NCBI RefSeq assembly: GCF_006345805.1
Contig: NC_042998.1
Location: forward strand, 155,558,001 to 155,622,000
Source: Octopus sinensis
Taxonomy: Eukaryota
Direction: 5' to 3'
Length of the DNA: 64,000 nucleotides
The notes below the pieces were generated by a model, which was not told the origin of the DNA, made no database searches, and was given only the letters and a program-made list of their open reading frames with translations. Below, piece after piece: positions 11,681 through 23,932 of the stretch (its first letter is position 1; every line of letters starts with the position of its first letter). The translations under genes and the position numbers were made by a program.

Positions 11681-12323
11681 TTTAAAAAAGAACTTGCAGA
11701 CAGTTACCTTCCTCGAAACCAGTTGTCTCATCCATTGGCCACTGGATGGCGCACGTTGTGGGGTTGCATCATGGGAGAATTAAATCTATAGCTTTTGAAC
11801 TGTGCAACCAAAATGATAGGCGTATTTTTTCCTACTGCTATTCCAAGTGATGTAACGGTCAAACATGATAACCTCTTGTATATGAATACGAACGCACAGA
11901 AACTGCCTTTATCTCTTTCTATACAAATACTGTAATTTGCATGCAGTATCAAAATTAAATTCTTATCCTCTTTTTATTTTGTATTTGGCGAATGTCAGTC
12001 TTCTACATTTCAGCTTTCTTTGTTAGGAACAAAAGTTCCTAAAAGCTTAATATATAGTATATACAGTTTGGATACAAATAGAAAAGACAGTACCTAAAGT
12101 TCATTTGAAATGGAGTTACTATTCAAGTAACCTGATTGGTGCTAGTAAAGACAAGACATAGTGGTCAGAAGTTGTATGATTTGTGCAAGTGGCCTTTGTT
12201 TGTGATAGAGAGACTTGAAGAAAGCCAATTTGTCCTATAAAATTATATTTTTACACTCAACAGACTAACACCAGTTAAATGTTAATTTGTATACAAAAGT
12301 TGAAGAAAAAGCATTTTACTCAC

Positions 12324-12476
12324 AACAGAATTATTACTTGTTAATTGTTTAAGATAATTTATCAATTTGTTAATGGACACTTTGCCACTGCTGTCTTCAT
12401 CACAGTTTGTGAAAACTTTGTCAATCATCAGTTCTTCCCAGAAGTCTAAAGGATTATCTGAAACACTCAATGACAT
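12324..12476 (-). CDS. Host-gene coding exon: EF-hand-like (EF-hand_9-type) N-terminus of an LRMP/IRAG2/KASH5-family protein
   Basis: Polypyrimidine tract + CCAG acceptor (exon starts 12505), ATG at 12476, phase-0 donor GTGAGT after 12324. MSLSVSDNPLDFWEELMIDKVFTNCDEDSSGKVSINKLINYLKQLTSNNSV fits the pattern EE..I...F..CD....G.V....I.YL...T that I recall for KASH5/Lrmp. The exact orthologue cannot be determined. Confidence 0.7.
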
Positions 12477-12590
12477 GGTTCTGAAAGTATCTGTAGTAAA
12501 TGTATCTGGAAAAAGAAAAAAAAAACAAGAGAAAATGTTCATGTCTTTCAGGAAAAGGGTTGTTGGAAATATTTCAAAAGTACAGTATTT

Positions 12591-12880
12591 CATACAGGGT
12601 GTTTGGGCTGAATCTGACAGTTTACATAAAAGAGAAAGTAAATCAACTATATTATATGGTTGGGAGATAATAGTTTACTCAAACTAGTCACACTCTGCTT
12701 CTATCACAGCCTCAAGAAAGCTCTGAAACCTTGCATATGTGTTCCTCACAGGGTCCCTGGGGAGATCTTCAAACACCAGCTTGATCCTAGCCACCAGCTC
12801 AGCCTTGGTGTTGCAGGCAGAGCAGTTGGTGTCTTTCTCAACCACGTACCACACCTAGTAACCTGTGGGATTACAATCAA
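12591..12880 (-). mobile_element. Tc1/mariner (maT-like) transposase C-terminal remnant with probable TIR
   Basis: Minus strand reads DCNP.GY*VWYVVEKDTN..ACNTKAELVARIKLVFEDLP..FLEAVIEAE; TA|CAGGGTGTTT terminus near 12592. Confidence 0.65.
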
Positions 12881-13059
12881 GCATCAAGCAGCAGTCAATA
12901 TGTCAGCATTTCTTATATTTGAAATATATTTTGCTAGATTTTTCTGTCTTTTTTTGAAAATACTTCAAATTCACAAAGAAAATTTAGTAGACTAGAGTTA
13001 AAGGTCTGCTTTTGCATTGGAACTATGTATTCCTCACAGGGTCCCTGGGGAGATCTTGC

Positions 13060-14026
13060 ATGGTTCAATTTTATCAATCACATGATGTTGGTGGCCATTG
13101 CTGGTCACTATGCAAGGATATCACTTGTTGTGGAAATTTTTCGTGGAGCAATGCAAGTGTCTGGCATGAAGTGTGGCAGGTCGCTTCCACCCTGCTGAAA
13201 CCAGAGGTTGTCAATCTCCGTATCTTCCAAGTTCGGCCATAACTGAGTGGATATGCTGTCTCGATAACATTCTCCATTATTGGTAACTGCATTCCCCTCA
13301 TCATTTTCAAAGAAGAATGGTCCAAGTACTCCACCTGCCCAGAAACCACACCACACATTCGCTTTCAGTGGATGCATTTCACACTCTTGCATTATTTGAG
13401 GATTTTCATTTCCTCAAATCTGGCAGTTCTGTTTATTGACAAATGATTTTCTTTGCCAAATTTTCGTCAGCTGCAAGTCTCTCCACAACCCAGTCAGTAA
13501 ATTTCCTCCGCTTTCCATGGTCAGGTGGCTGAAGAAGCGGTGTAAGTTGAATTTTGTATGCATGCATATGGAGATCTTTATGCAAAATTTGATGTAATGT
13601 AGTGGTCGGGATGCTCAACAGCTGCGAACATCAGCGAACTGATTTTCCCAGACTCAGAGTGACACTGTCTCACACAACAGCAATTTGTTGCTCTATCTGC
13701 CCAGGCGATTTGGTCATTGCAACTGAACCAGCTGTTTTAAACTTCATCATTAGTCTGCAAACCATAGACTCATTGGGTACTTCATTTCTCACCAAAATGG
13801 TATGAAGTGTTCAAGGTCTTCGCATCGTACTTTCTCCGTTTTGTTAAAATATCTTCACGATGAGAATTGCTCAGTTGTAAACTGCTCCATGACACAGTAT
13901 ACACTATTCTGAAAATCAAACAAGAAAAACTATTAATCGAAGTGAAGAAAGATAGTAAATATAATAAAAGCATGCCTCTAAAACACAAAAGTGTCACGTA
14001 ATTCAAATTTGGTGCTCTTTATGTAA

Positions 14027-14032
<6 letters not shown>
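13060..14032 (-). mobile_element. Tc1/mariner transposon remnant (rosa/DD41D-like)
   Basis: ILHKDLHMHAYKIQLT, HPLKANVWCGFWAGGVLGPFFFENDEGNAVT, WFQQ.G, WPPTSCD. Confidence 0.8.

Positions 14033-14102
<70 letters not shown>
14031..14102. repeat. (TA)n microsatellite
   Basis: About 70 bp of uninterrupted TA repeat. Confidence 0.98.
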
Positions 14103-14105
<3 letters not shown>

Positions 14106-14120
14106 GATAATAATAGAATA

Positions 14121-14481
14121 GCATAGGAGTGGCTGTGTGGTAAGTAGCTTGCTTATAAACCACATGGTTCTGGGTTCAGTGTCTTCTACTATAGCCTCGG
14201 GCCGACCAAAGCCTTGTGAGTGGATTTGGTAGATGGAAACTGAAAGAAGCCTGTCATATATATGTATATGTGTGAGTATATGTTTGTGTGTCTGTGTTTG
14301 TGTCCCCAACATCGCTTGACAACTGATGCTGATATGTTTACGTCCCCGTAACTTAGCGGTTCGCCTATCATAGAATAATAAGTACTGGACTTACAAAGAA
14401 TAAGTCCTGGGGTCGATTTGCTCGACTAAAGGCGGTGCTCCAGCATGGCCACAGTGAAATGGCTGAAACAAGTAAAAGAGT
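14121..14481 (+). mobile_element. tRNA-type SINE with LINE-derived tail
   Basis: Head TGGCTGTGTGGTAAG...GGTTC, body GCCTTGTGAGTGGATTTGGTAGA.GGAAACTGAAAGAAGCC, tail GGCGGTGCTCCAGCATGGCCACAG..GCTGAAAC. Homologous copies at 25421 and 45815. Confidence 0.88.
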
Positions 14482-15173
14482 ATATATGTATACTGGAATG
14501 AATATATATATAGGTTTCTATATTTTAGCTATCAATGTATCTCCATGTTGGCATACTGGGTGTTTCACCATCTCTATCCCTCTATCTACCTTGCTCCTAT
14601 AAGCATACACGACTGCTATTGATGAATTTGTATGCATGTTTCTGTTATTCCAAGCTTTAAGATAGCCCTGAATGTTATTCAAAACTTTGAGATGCTTATA
14701 GAATAGTTACCTATATATGTGTATTGGTATGAATATATGTATATAAACAGATTTCTATATTTTAGCTATGTTCTGTTCCACCTGTCCCTGCTCCTGTCTG
14801 AATTTCCTCCCAACTGCCCCTGATCCACCACCAGACCTATCAAGCACCCATTCAATCAACTCATATTAGACTCAGCACTCCCATCCCCTACATAAGGTAA
14901 CAGCAATAGTAGTAGTTAAACCAACAGGCTGAAATTTGCCAGCCATCATTTGCTCAAGAAAATAAAGACAATATCAGAATTGACAGCTTCAAAAATAGCA
15001 ATGATGCTGTCAGCAATACAGCTATCATAACTATAGAAGGCAGTCATGACAGGAACAAAACAGGACCAGTGGCCACTACAGAAAAGTAGCAATATCTGCA
15101 ATGACAGTGGTAGTGACATTTAACTTATCAAAGATTAGAAAATAACCTAAACAATAAAAATGATAACAACTAA

Positions 15174-15860
15174 GACAGCAACAACTCAGTAACAACACAT
15201 ATTGCACCAGAGATACCACCACCAACAAATAATAGAAATGATGATTGTGCTAACAATAATGACAATGAGAATAATAAGTAAACATGGTGGTAGGAATAGT
15301 AGTAGAAATAGTGAAGATGATAATAATAAAGAAGTAAATAATAAGCAATAATAATTAACATGTGACAGCGCAATCACTACATGGTCAGATTGTCAGTGAC
15401 TAAACTGGCAATCCCATTAAGCTTTCTTGGTGAGGTGGGTAAAATGTGGACACTCTGTGAGATGAAAAAGCAAACCCAGCAAAGGGCAGAGGAATTCAGG
15501 AGAGTCAATGACCATCCAAAATATGTAGACAGAATTCATGAGCCTTGGTCAGCAGTCTGTCTAAGAGGAGGAACACTGATTTTAAAATTAGGCTAGATAG
15601 GCTTCCTTAGCCATATTATTGACAACCTATCAGTGGCCAACAGCTTCAACCCTGGGATGAAGGCAGATGAACCATGAATTGGGAGCTAGCTCCCAGGTAA
15701 TGGTTGGATGAGAAGACAGGACCAACTGACACCACCAATCTCCTAGTGAGAATCATGGTCCCCGATGCTCAAAAATGCAAACAGGAACAGTTTCAACTTA
15801 TGGGTAGTAAGAATTCCACAGTCTTGGTTGACCTTCCTACTAGAGATGACCAATACAAAG
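15174..15860 (+). repeat. Long direct repeat, copy 1 (~690 bp)
   Basis: Colinear with 17884-18560, roughly 90% identical by eye. Confidence 0.92.
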
Positions 15861-16299
15861 AATATTGAATAATGGTGTGAATAAGGCTGGAACCAACAGT
15901 GAAAGCCTTTCATTTGGTCATCATCCAGGGACTGCTTAGACACAAAGTCAGAGGCAGAGAAAAAGGTGGGATAAGGAGACAAACTGAACTGTAATTGAAT
16001 GCTGAATCAGAAATGAACCTAATAGAAGGGGGTTCCAACAACACATAAAATCAAAATGGAATGAAATAGGATTCTTCAAGATAAGTATAAGTGAGCCATG
16101 AAAGAGCAATAAGAACAAATGGGTGGCTAACAGACGGAAATTGAAGAAATAAAAAGGAAAAGAGAAAACTATAATACTTCACCAGTAGATAACATGCCTA
16201 GCAAAATCAGAGAAATGAACAGTGAAGATGTAGGGCAAAGTATGAATGTAAATGCACTTTTAGCAAATTAAATAGAAGTAATGGCAAGAGCTATATCAC

Positions 16300-17830
16300 A
16301 AGAATGCAATGATGATCAACAGGACATATTGAGGATGACGTACTGATATATTTCAGAAGACAAGGATCAAACACATCCCCAATTTGGAACTGAAGAAATA
16401 GATTCTATCCTTGGACTTTTCCAGACGAGAAATATAATTGAAACCAACAAGATTATTAGGGCTGCAGCCATGATTGCTGCAAAAAGAGTTGGATACAAAA
16501 GAAGAGAACAAACAAACTTAAAGAACCATACTGATGTAGATGAATTTGCAAGACATAAACTAAGTTAAAAAGACATTTAGAAGTTGATAGATTGAAAAGA
16601 GAAGAATTGCAAAACGAAAGCATAAGAAACTGGAAATAATATAAAATAAGAAATAAAGGGTATGATGTGGTATTGGACGAACTGAAACAAAGAGTAGTAA
16701 CAATCAAGGCAAAACTGGCAAGATACAACAGTAAAACAAAACAATTCAGGCAGAAAATATTGTTTGAAGCCAATCAAAAAAAAACTGCTGCAGGAACTAT
16801 CTATCAGATGCAGACAAAAGCAGGGCATTCTGGGGGGAATTTGGGATCAACCTGTAAAGCATAATGATAAAGTGGACTGGCTACATGAAATCTGAGAAAG
16901 GTTAAGAAATATACAAGGCCAAGACAATATAAAAATAACTACAGAAATGATTAAAAAAACAGTTAAGGAAAATCCCAAATTGGAAAAGTCCAAGACCAGA
17001 TGATGTCCAAGGTTATTTGAATGAAGAAGCTGAAAGGGCTCCATGAAAGAATAGTGCAACAGCTGGACGAGTGCTTGAGGAAGGCTCAGTACCCAGCTGA
17101 TGACAAGGAAAAGACATTTTTATGAGCTAAAGATCCCAAAAAGGGATAAGCTAAAAGAGTTGGGCAGGAAGACAAGAAAGCTCCTAACAATGCATGGAGC
17201 CCATCATTCATGTGCAAACACTGATCACTTATACATAGAGAGCAAATGGAAGAAGGAGACTGATAAGTGTGGAAGACTACGTGTGGAAGTGTGGAAGGAG
17301 CTTACTGAAATACCTATCTCAAAATAAGGAAACCTTGCTAGTGTCAGTTAGGAATGAGGGCATATTGAAAGCAGAGGGGGGGGGGACAAAACAAGAAGTA
17401 CAAAAAGGACACAAAGAAGCATTATACAAGGCACTACACAATCAATTCCATATAACTACAAATGAAGTTACTGGAAAACAACTGGGCTGAAGAAAGGATT
17501 ACTGAGAAATGAGACTAACACCGTACTGGTAGCACAAGACTAAGTTTTGACCACAAACTGGAGGATCAACCTAAGCAATGAGCAAGTGTTTCCACTGTGC
17601 CACATCTGTAATAGATTAGACAAAACTATTATTGTTCATATCATGAACATATGCCCTAGACTTGCCCAAAACTATTACAAGGTGTGGTGACACAAGGTAG
17701 TGAAAGTGCTACATTGGAAACTATACAAAAAGTGGGGTATAGAGGGAGGCAAGACATAGTATGAGCACAAACTACAGAGAAAGGCAGGGTCAGAGACTGC
17801 AAAATCCTGAGATCAATACAGAAATGAATT
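16300..17830 (+). mobile_element. R4/Dong-clade (RLE-type) non-LTR remnant with RT core and RLE largely deleted
   Basis: ELKQRVVTIKAKLARY..QFRQ..LFEANQK, IPNWKS..PDDVQGY, RKTRKLLTMHGAHH, LCHICN...HIMNICPRLAQ.YYK, and terminal TAKILR. Confidence 0.8.
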
Positions 17831-17883
17831 TGGCTTTGAATACTGAATGAAGTGCAAACAACCGTGCAGTAGGACTTTTGCTA

Positions 17884-18560
17884 CCAGCAACAACTCAGTG
17901 ACAACACATATTGCAACAGAGATACCACCAACAAATAATAGAAATGATGATGGTGCTAATAACAATGGCAATGATAATAATAGGTAAACAGGGTAGTAGG
18001 AATAGTAGTAGAAATAGTGAAGATGATAATAATAAAGAAGTAAATAATAAGCAATAATAATTAACATGTGACAGCGCAATCACTACATGGTTAGGTTATC
18101 AGTGACTAAATTGGCAATCTCATTAAGCTTTCTTGGTGAGGTGGGTGAAATAATGGACACCCTGTGGGATGAAAAAGCAAACCCAGCAAAGGGCAGAGGA
18201 ATTCAGGAGAGTCAATGACCATCCAAAATATGTAGACAGAATTTATGAGCCTTGGTCAGCAGTCTGTCTAGGAGGAAGAACACTGATTTTAAAATTAGGC
18301 TAGATAGGCTTCCTTAGCCATATTATTGACAACCTATCAGTGGCCAACAGCTTCAACCCTGGGATGAAGGCAGATAAACCATGAATTGGGAGCTAGCTCC
18401 CAGGTAATAGTCAGATGAGGAGATAGGACCAACTGACATCACCAATTTCCAAGTGAGAATCATGAACATTGTCCCCAACACTCAAAAATGCAAACAGGAA
18501 CAGTTCCAACCTATAGGTAGTAAGAATTCCAATTTTGATAGACATTCCTATTGGAGATCA
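17884..18560 (+). repeat. Long direct repeat, copy 2
   Basis: Colinear with 15174-15860. Confidence 0.92.
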
Positions 18561-18879
18561 ATAAAAATACCAGTTGATGGCTAACCTTAAAACACAAACC
18601 TCAATATAGAGTGAAGATATATCAGGGAAAGACTTGTAAGCAGAGAGCAGTGTAGGTCATCTGATCATAAAACATAGCAAATCATCCCCAAACACAAACC
18701 ACAGGAAATCAATAAATGCTACAGCAAAAGTCCCTTCCCAACAAGAAACTGCAGGTTATGAGACTGATGCATCAGATAGTCCTTGCAAGAAACTGAGGGT
18801 TCTGTGGTCTGCTGCTACTGAAAAAGATATAAAGAGTTAGAGAACAAGGTATGTAAAGCTCTATATAAAATGACAGGAT

Positions 18880-19620
18880 CTGCAGTGGAGAAACTGGGGA
18901 AATTAACAAACTCAATATACAATTGAGGAATGGAATCATTTGGAGTAAAATAATATGGGACCTAGTTAGCAAAAAGAAAGAGTGGAGCAAGCAGGACGTA
19001 CAGGAAAATGAGATGGTTAAGGATGGAAAAGAATAACCTAATAAAGCACCAGGACGTGCTGGCATCTCATAAAGTGTATAAGTATTGCAATTGTCTATGA
19101 AAGAAGTTCTTTGTCCTGCTCCAACAGCTTTGATATGAAGAGACTTTGGAGGATTGGTGTAAGGCAGAAAGTATATACCTGCCAAGGGAAGTCAATGCAG
19201 AGGCTATAAAACAGTTTAGGTCAATATCCTTATTGAATGTGGATGGCAAGAATAATGGATATGTTGTTGAATCTGTTTAAAAGGCTAGAATTCCTGGATG
19301 CGCTGAGCATTGTCTTTCAATTTAAAAAGCATTTCAGAATGCCAAACAGAACAAGGTAAGTTTGAACATGGTATGGCTTGATCTAGCTAATGCATATGGC
19401 TCAGTGCCACACAAATTGCTGATGAGAGCCATGGACCACTTCCACATTCTGGAGAAAGTAACACAATTAATGAAGATATATTATTGAAGTTTAAAGATGA
19501 GTTAAAACTAGTAACTTTACAAAATATTGGCACTACTTTGAGACTGGTATTGCTGCTGGCAGCATAATGTCTGTCACATGGTTTATCCTAATCATGGAGA
19601 TGGTTTTGAATGCAAGACAT
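18880..19620 (+). mobile_element. HERO-clade-like (RLE-type) non-LTR RT remnant
   Basis: KAPGRAGIS.KVYKYC, WCKAESIYLPRE..QFRSISLLNVDGK, VWLDLANAYGSVPHKL, FETGIAAGSIMSVTWFILIM. Confidence 0.75.
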
Positions 19621-19949
19621 TTTGGAACAAATGGCCTATATACAATCAACTAAGAAGACTTTCATCAATAAAATGACACTTGTTGATCAACAAGCAAATC
19701 ATGCAGAGTGCTCTCTCAAAATTATGAAAAAGAAAAAAAATCATTTTTGTGGTTGTTGATAATGGAATCCAGGTAATAAAAGTCACAGGAAAAAAAAAAA
19801 CAGGACGTTAGCACTTTCTGCGTCTTTCTTTAATAGAAAGGTTAACAGTCAAATTTTCACTTAAGGTTAATATGTCAATTAGTCTCTGTAAAGAATATGC
19901 AGAACTGATGGTAAATTAATGAGTTATGAACTCTGCGCAACCAACGGCC

Positions 19950-20390
19950 TACTCTTCCAGTACCACGTTTGCTAAAAGATCTAGGTGACCTTCCTATTGA
20001 CTATACTATGACAGTTGGCCCTAATCTTGAGGAATTTTTACTCTATGATAACAGACCAAATGCAAACAACCGTATTCTAGTGTTTGGTACTAGTGATGGC
20101 CTCAGACTCATTGCTGGTACTGATTATATATGGATGGCAAATTTGCAATGACACTAAATGTTTTCAAACAGATCTATGTCATCCCTGTCCCTTTCTGTGA
20201 TACAGCTGTTACTTCAGTGTACACTCCTCTTCCAAACAAGACTTGTGCCACCTCTGAAGAACTCTTTTAGGTTATAGTTGATAAGTGTGCAGACCTAAGC
20301 TATTCTATTAATGTGCAAACCATGGTGACTGACTTTGAAAATGGTGCACTGAGAGCTGTGCTTGCAGTGTTTGGCTATGACATAGAGAAC
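19950..20390 (+). mobile_element. MULE/Mutator-type transposase remnant
   Basis: FLLYDN...NRILVFGT..GLRL, YMDGKF..VFKQIYVI, VY..LPNKT, and MVTDFENGAL.AV..VF. Truncated by an RTE 3' fragment. Confidence 0.8.
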
Positions 20391-20852
20391 AAAGGTTGTA
20401 GACCCAGGAAGACATGGGACAAAGTGGTGAAGCACAACCTTCGAACATTGGGCCTCACAGGAGGCAATGGCAAGAAACTGAGACCTTTGGAGATACACCA
20501 TGCTTGAGAAAACCTGGCAAGCCAAGTGAGATTGTAGTTGTGGCCGATGCCAGTGTCACATAACTGTCCCATTCCAATCGTTGGCCGATATGCTGTGCTT
20601 GCAAAGACCTGTTGAACTGAGTGAAATCATAGTTGTGGCCAATGCTAGTACTACCTGACTGGCTCTCATGCCAGTGGCATGTAAAAGGCACCCACTACAC
20701 TCTAGTGGTTGGCGTTAGGAAGAGCATCCAGCTGTAGAAACCTTGCCAAATCAGATTGGAGCCTAGTGCAACCTCCTAGCCTGCCAGTTCTCAGTCAAAT
20801 CATCCAACCCATGCCAGCATGGATAGCGGACATTACATGAAGATGATGATGA
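20390..20852 (+). mobile_element. 5'-truncated RTE (last codons + 3' UTR)
   Basis: RPRKTWDKVVKHNLRTLGLT, the conserved 3' UTR, and a GATGATGAT tail. Confidence 0.88.
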
Positions 20853-21959
20853 AGCTAATTATCACCTCAGTTTCAAAGATATGACATTGCAAATATAGCT
20901 ACTTCACACAAATTATGTAAAATTTCAACCATTTCACTGACCATACAAATTGTCATATTTGTTATAAAATATTCATCCAAATTTCATAAATGAGGTATCA
21001 AAATGTTTCTTTTTGGATGCTCTCCAGGAAAAAGTACAGCAAAAATTACATTCAAATATTTTCAAAAATTCATAATGATACCTACAAGCCACAGGGACTT
21101 AAGTTTTGACACATTTGTAGTAGGTATAGAACTAAATAAATCCCGAGATTTTGGGATATAAAATTTAAATAAAATTTTAATGGACTATTAAAAATAGCTA
21201 TAAATAGCAGAGTTTGGAATAAGGATGCCCACCCAAGTCAGATTTTCTGTTTTGACATGGATTTTTCCACCAATAATAGGTAAAAAGGTTTTTAAAATAT
21301 TTTTTTTCATCCCATCTCCCGTTCACCCCACTCCAGACCAATTTTGGCCATTTTTTTTTTGTTTTTTTTACTATGCACTTAAAAACGATTGGCGAAACCT
21401 TTTTGGTAAAAAAAAGAAAAAAAAATTTGAAAATACTATCAAACAATTTAATGTGTGATTTTAGGGAGATTTAGCTGTTGTTTCTAACACATCCCACAAC
21501 CACCTCATCCCTTTCTCAGAATTACATGTAGACCTAGATTAAAAAAAAGCAAACAAAATATGAATACTAATTCCTTGCTTTAGCATTAAAAACATAACTT
21601 ACAGCAAACTCATTAGGAGAGAAAAAAAAAATGTAAACACTACCACAAATTATCTGATTGTATTCAAAATTAGGGAAAAAAACATTACAACAGACTATAA
21701 TAGTCTACAAAATAATATTCATTGTAATTTTTATTGGTGAAATTTGACCAATATTTCCATGAAAAACAAAATTTACAAGTACAAGAATGTTTGCGAAGTA
21801 AAATTCAAAAGTCACTCTCCACACATTGTTAGAATAGCAAGAGAGAATAGACAAAACTTTCTATATAATTCAATGTTAATTTTGGCCTCTAGAAGACTTA
21901 TTTTTATATCCTGCCACAAGTTGGTATATATAAATTATGCAGCGGAGGTTTAATCAATG

Positions 21960-22300
21960 TGTTCACATGATGAGACTACCAAAAACGTTCTCTCCAACTA
22001 CTACCGACCACTAATCTTTATAAGAGTTTGGCTAGCCCATTCTTCCAATCCCCCAGGTGTGTCAATGACTCTCACCACATCTCCCTCTTTGAGATTGACT
22101 TCCATTGGAAGTTAATATTATTTTCATTTATTTTTCTAGTATCTTTTGCACGATATCAGCCTTTTCACACAGTATTAGCCTGGAAATGAAATTAGGAATT
22201 TGAATTTTTATTTCTTTTTTATGTAGTCACTTATATCCTGAGGACTTGTTGCCCAATATTGTAATATGATTGTTACCCGACTCTTAAATAATATTTTCGT
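21960..22300 (-). mobile_element. Possible Bel/Pao integrase C-terminal remnant
   Basis: Minus strand reads EVNLKEGDVVRVIDTPGDWKNG, resembling the DUF5641-type NLKxGDxVxV motif. Highly degenerate. Confidence 0.3.
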
Positions 22301-23011
22301 TTTTTGCACACAGCACTTTTGTTTTACACACGAACGGACCTTAGTACAACTTTTTAACCCCAAGAAGACATCTCTTCTAGCTGGTAAACACTGCACAGCT
22401 GTATCTGATATACTGTGAGCAGGGGCATCAAGCCCTTACCACATTCTAGTGATGGAACTAACACAGTAATTCGAACAACTACCATCAACGGCAACTTACA
22501 GATTCAGTGCAAGTTTAACATGGAACTAACACACCAACTCTTATTGAACTCTACTGAACCTCTTCAACGACTTCTGCCAATTTGCCGCCTTTTTCAACAG
22601 GACATGGTATTTTACTGGTGGTACTTTGGCTGCCAAGCACACAACCTCTACCAGCTTTCACCAATTTCTCAATCTCTCAGTGCATGCAACAGATTGTACT
22701 GGGCTATATGTTACCAGTAGTGCACCAAAAAGCAACCTGACCAGTTGCAACAGGTTGCACTGGGTTACACCTTACCAGTAGCACTCAAGAGCGACCTGAC
22801 ATTGTGGTGAGATAGGCATGCATAAGCATATTATCAGACATCAAATACAAATTTGAAACCATGTTACGTCCAGCCACATGTATTTTTTGTTTGTTTCTTT
22901 TGAGCTCACTATTTTTTTTATTTGTAGGATAAACTCGACCGTCTCTGCCTTAATTTTTATTTCCTCCAATGTCACAGGCAATTCACGCACAACATATTTT
23001 TTTATTTCATT

Positions 23012-23465
23012 TTAGGCTTTTAACACCACTATCACTGTGTCTTCTAGTGGTTCACTGTATTTTGGTATTAATCTTGACCAACCATCTGCATGTTCCAATT
23101 TTTTTGATAGGAAATACTCCATCTTGAAGTCGTAACTCAGTAGGATCGTTCCCCAGCACTTGCAATCTGTTGGCTGTATGAGTGGAGATACTCTTTTTTG
23201 ATCCATAGATTGACAATAATGGGCGATGGTCTGTCTGCAGACGGAACCTTCTTCCATGTATAAATTTATAGCATTTTTTTTCTGCAAATATGATGGCCAA
23301 TGCCTCTTTTTCTATTTGAGTGTAGCTTTTCTCAGCCAGTAATAATGAATGTGAAGCATGAGCTACTGCTTTCAGGCTACCATCTTCATACTTCTGTAAA
23401 CACATAGCTCCAATACCACTTTCACTAGCATCTGCCATATCATGGCCAGATTCAGTAATGACCAT
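23012..23465 (-). mobile_element. Ty3/Gypsy pol remnant (RNase H to integrase linker)
   Basis: ADASESGIGA..AHASHSLLLAEKSYTQIEKEALAIIFA...GRRFRLQTDHRPLLSIYG; the next frame gives YDFKMEY....HADGWSRLI. Confidence 0.88.
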
Positions 23466-23932
23466 ATTGAATTCACGAGAAACATGAATCCTTTGTTAAA
23501 ATAATGATTAAATTTTCACTTTCATAATGATTGTCTGATCTATCAACATCGAATTTAAATCAAAATTAGCAAAACATGTCCTCTTCATGACTGGATGATT
23601 ATCAACACAAATCGAGTTATAGCATTCCAGTGCATTGGGCTACCGTTTAGTAGTCAAAACAAAAATGGAGACAAACTTCGTGAATGGGTGGAAATATCAA
23701 GCTGATTGAGGGACCTTGGCATAAATAGTTGGATTTTGATTAAAACTACATGCGAAGAAAGTTTACATCCAGAACTTTCAAATGATACATAATTTCCTAC
23801 AGGAAAAATGTATTTTGACATGAAAATGGTCAAACAAAACGTATGGCTTTGCATGATCAAACTGTGCTTGTCTTCTTTCTACAGCAATTTATAGTGATAC
23901 CTATTACCAGACATAGCCTGGTAGCAAGTCTA

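Noticed and set aside
13978-14312. ORFs with poly-(IY) runs; likewise 24052, 39052 and 39635
   Set aside because: Microsatellite translations.
15170-15377. Hydrophobic minus-strand ORFs (also 17813-18083) resembling membrane proteins
   Set aside because: Antisense translation of AAT/AAC-rich low-complexity sequence.
15174-18560. Direct repeats as LTRs of an LTR retrotransposon
   Set aside because: No TG...CA ends, PBS or PPT seen, and the interior is a non-LTR R4/Dong-type ORF.
21200-21950. Homopolymer-rich segments resembling each other in style at 21.2, 46.5 and 50.2 kb
   Set aside because: Probably old non-autonomous DNA elements, but I could not define termini, TSDs or a reliable alignment.
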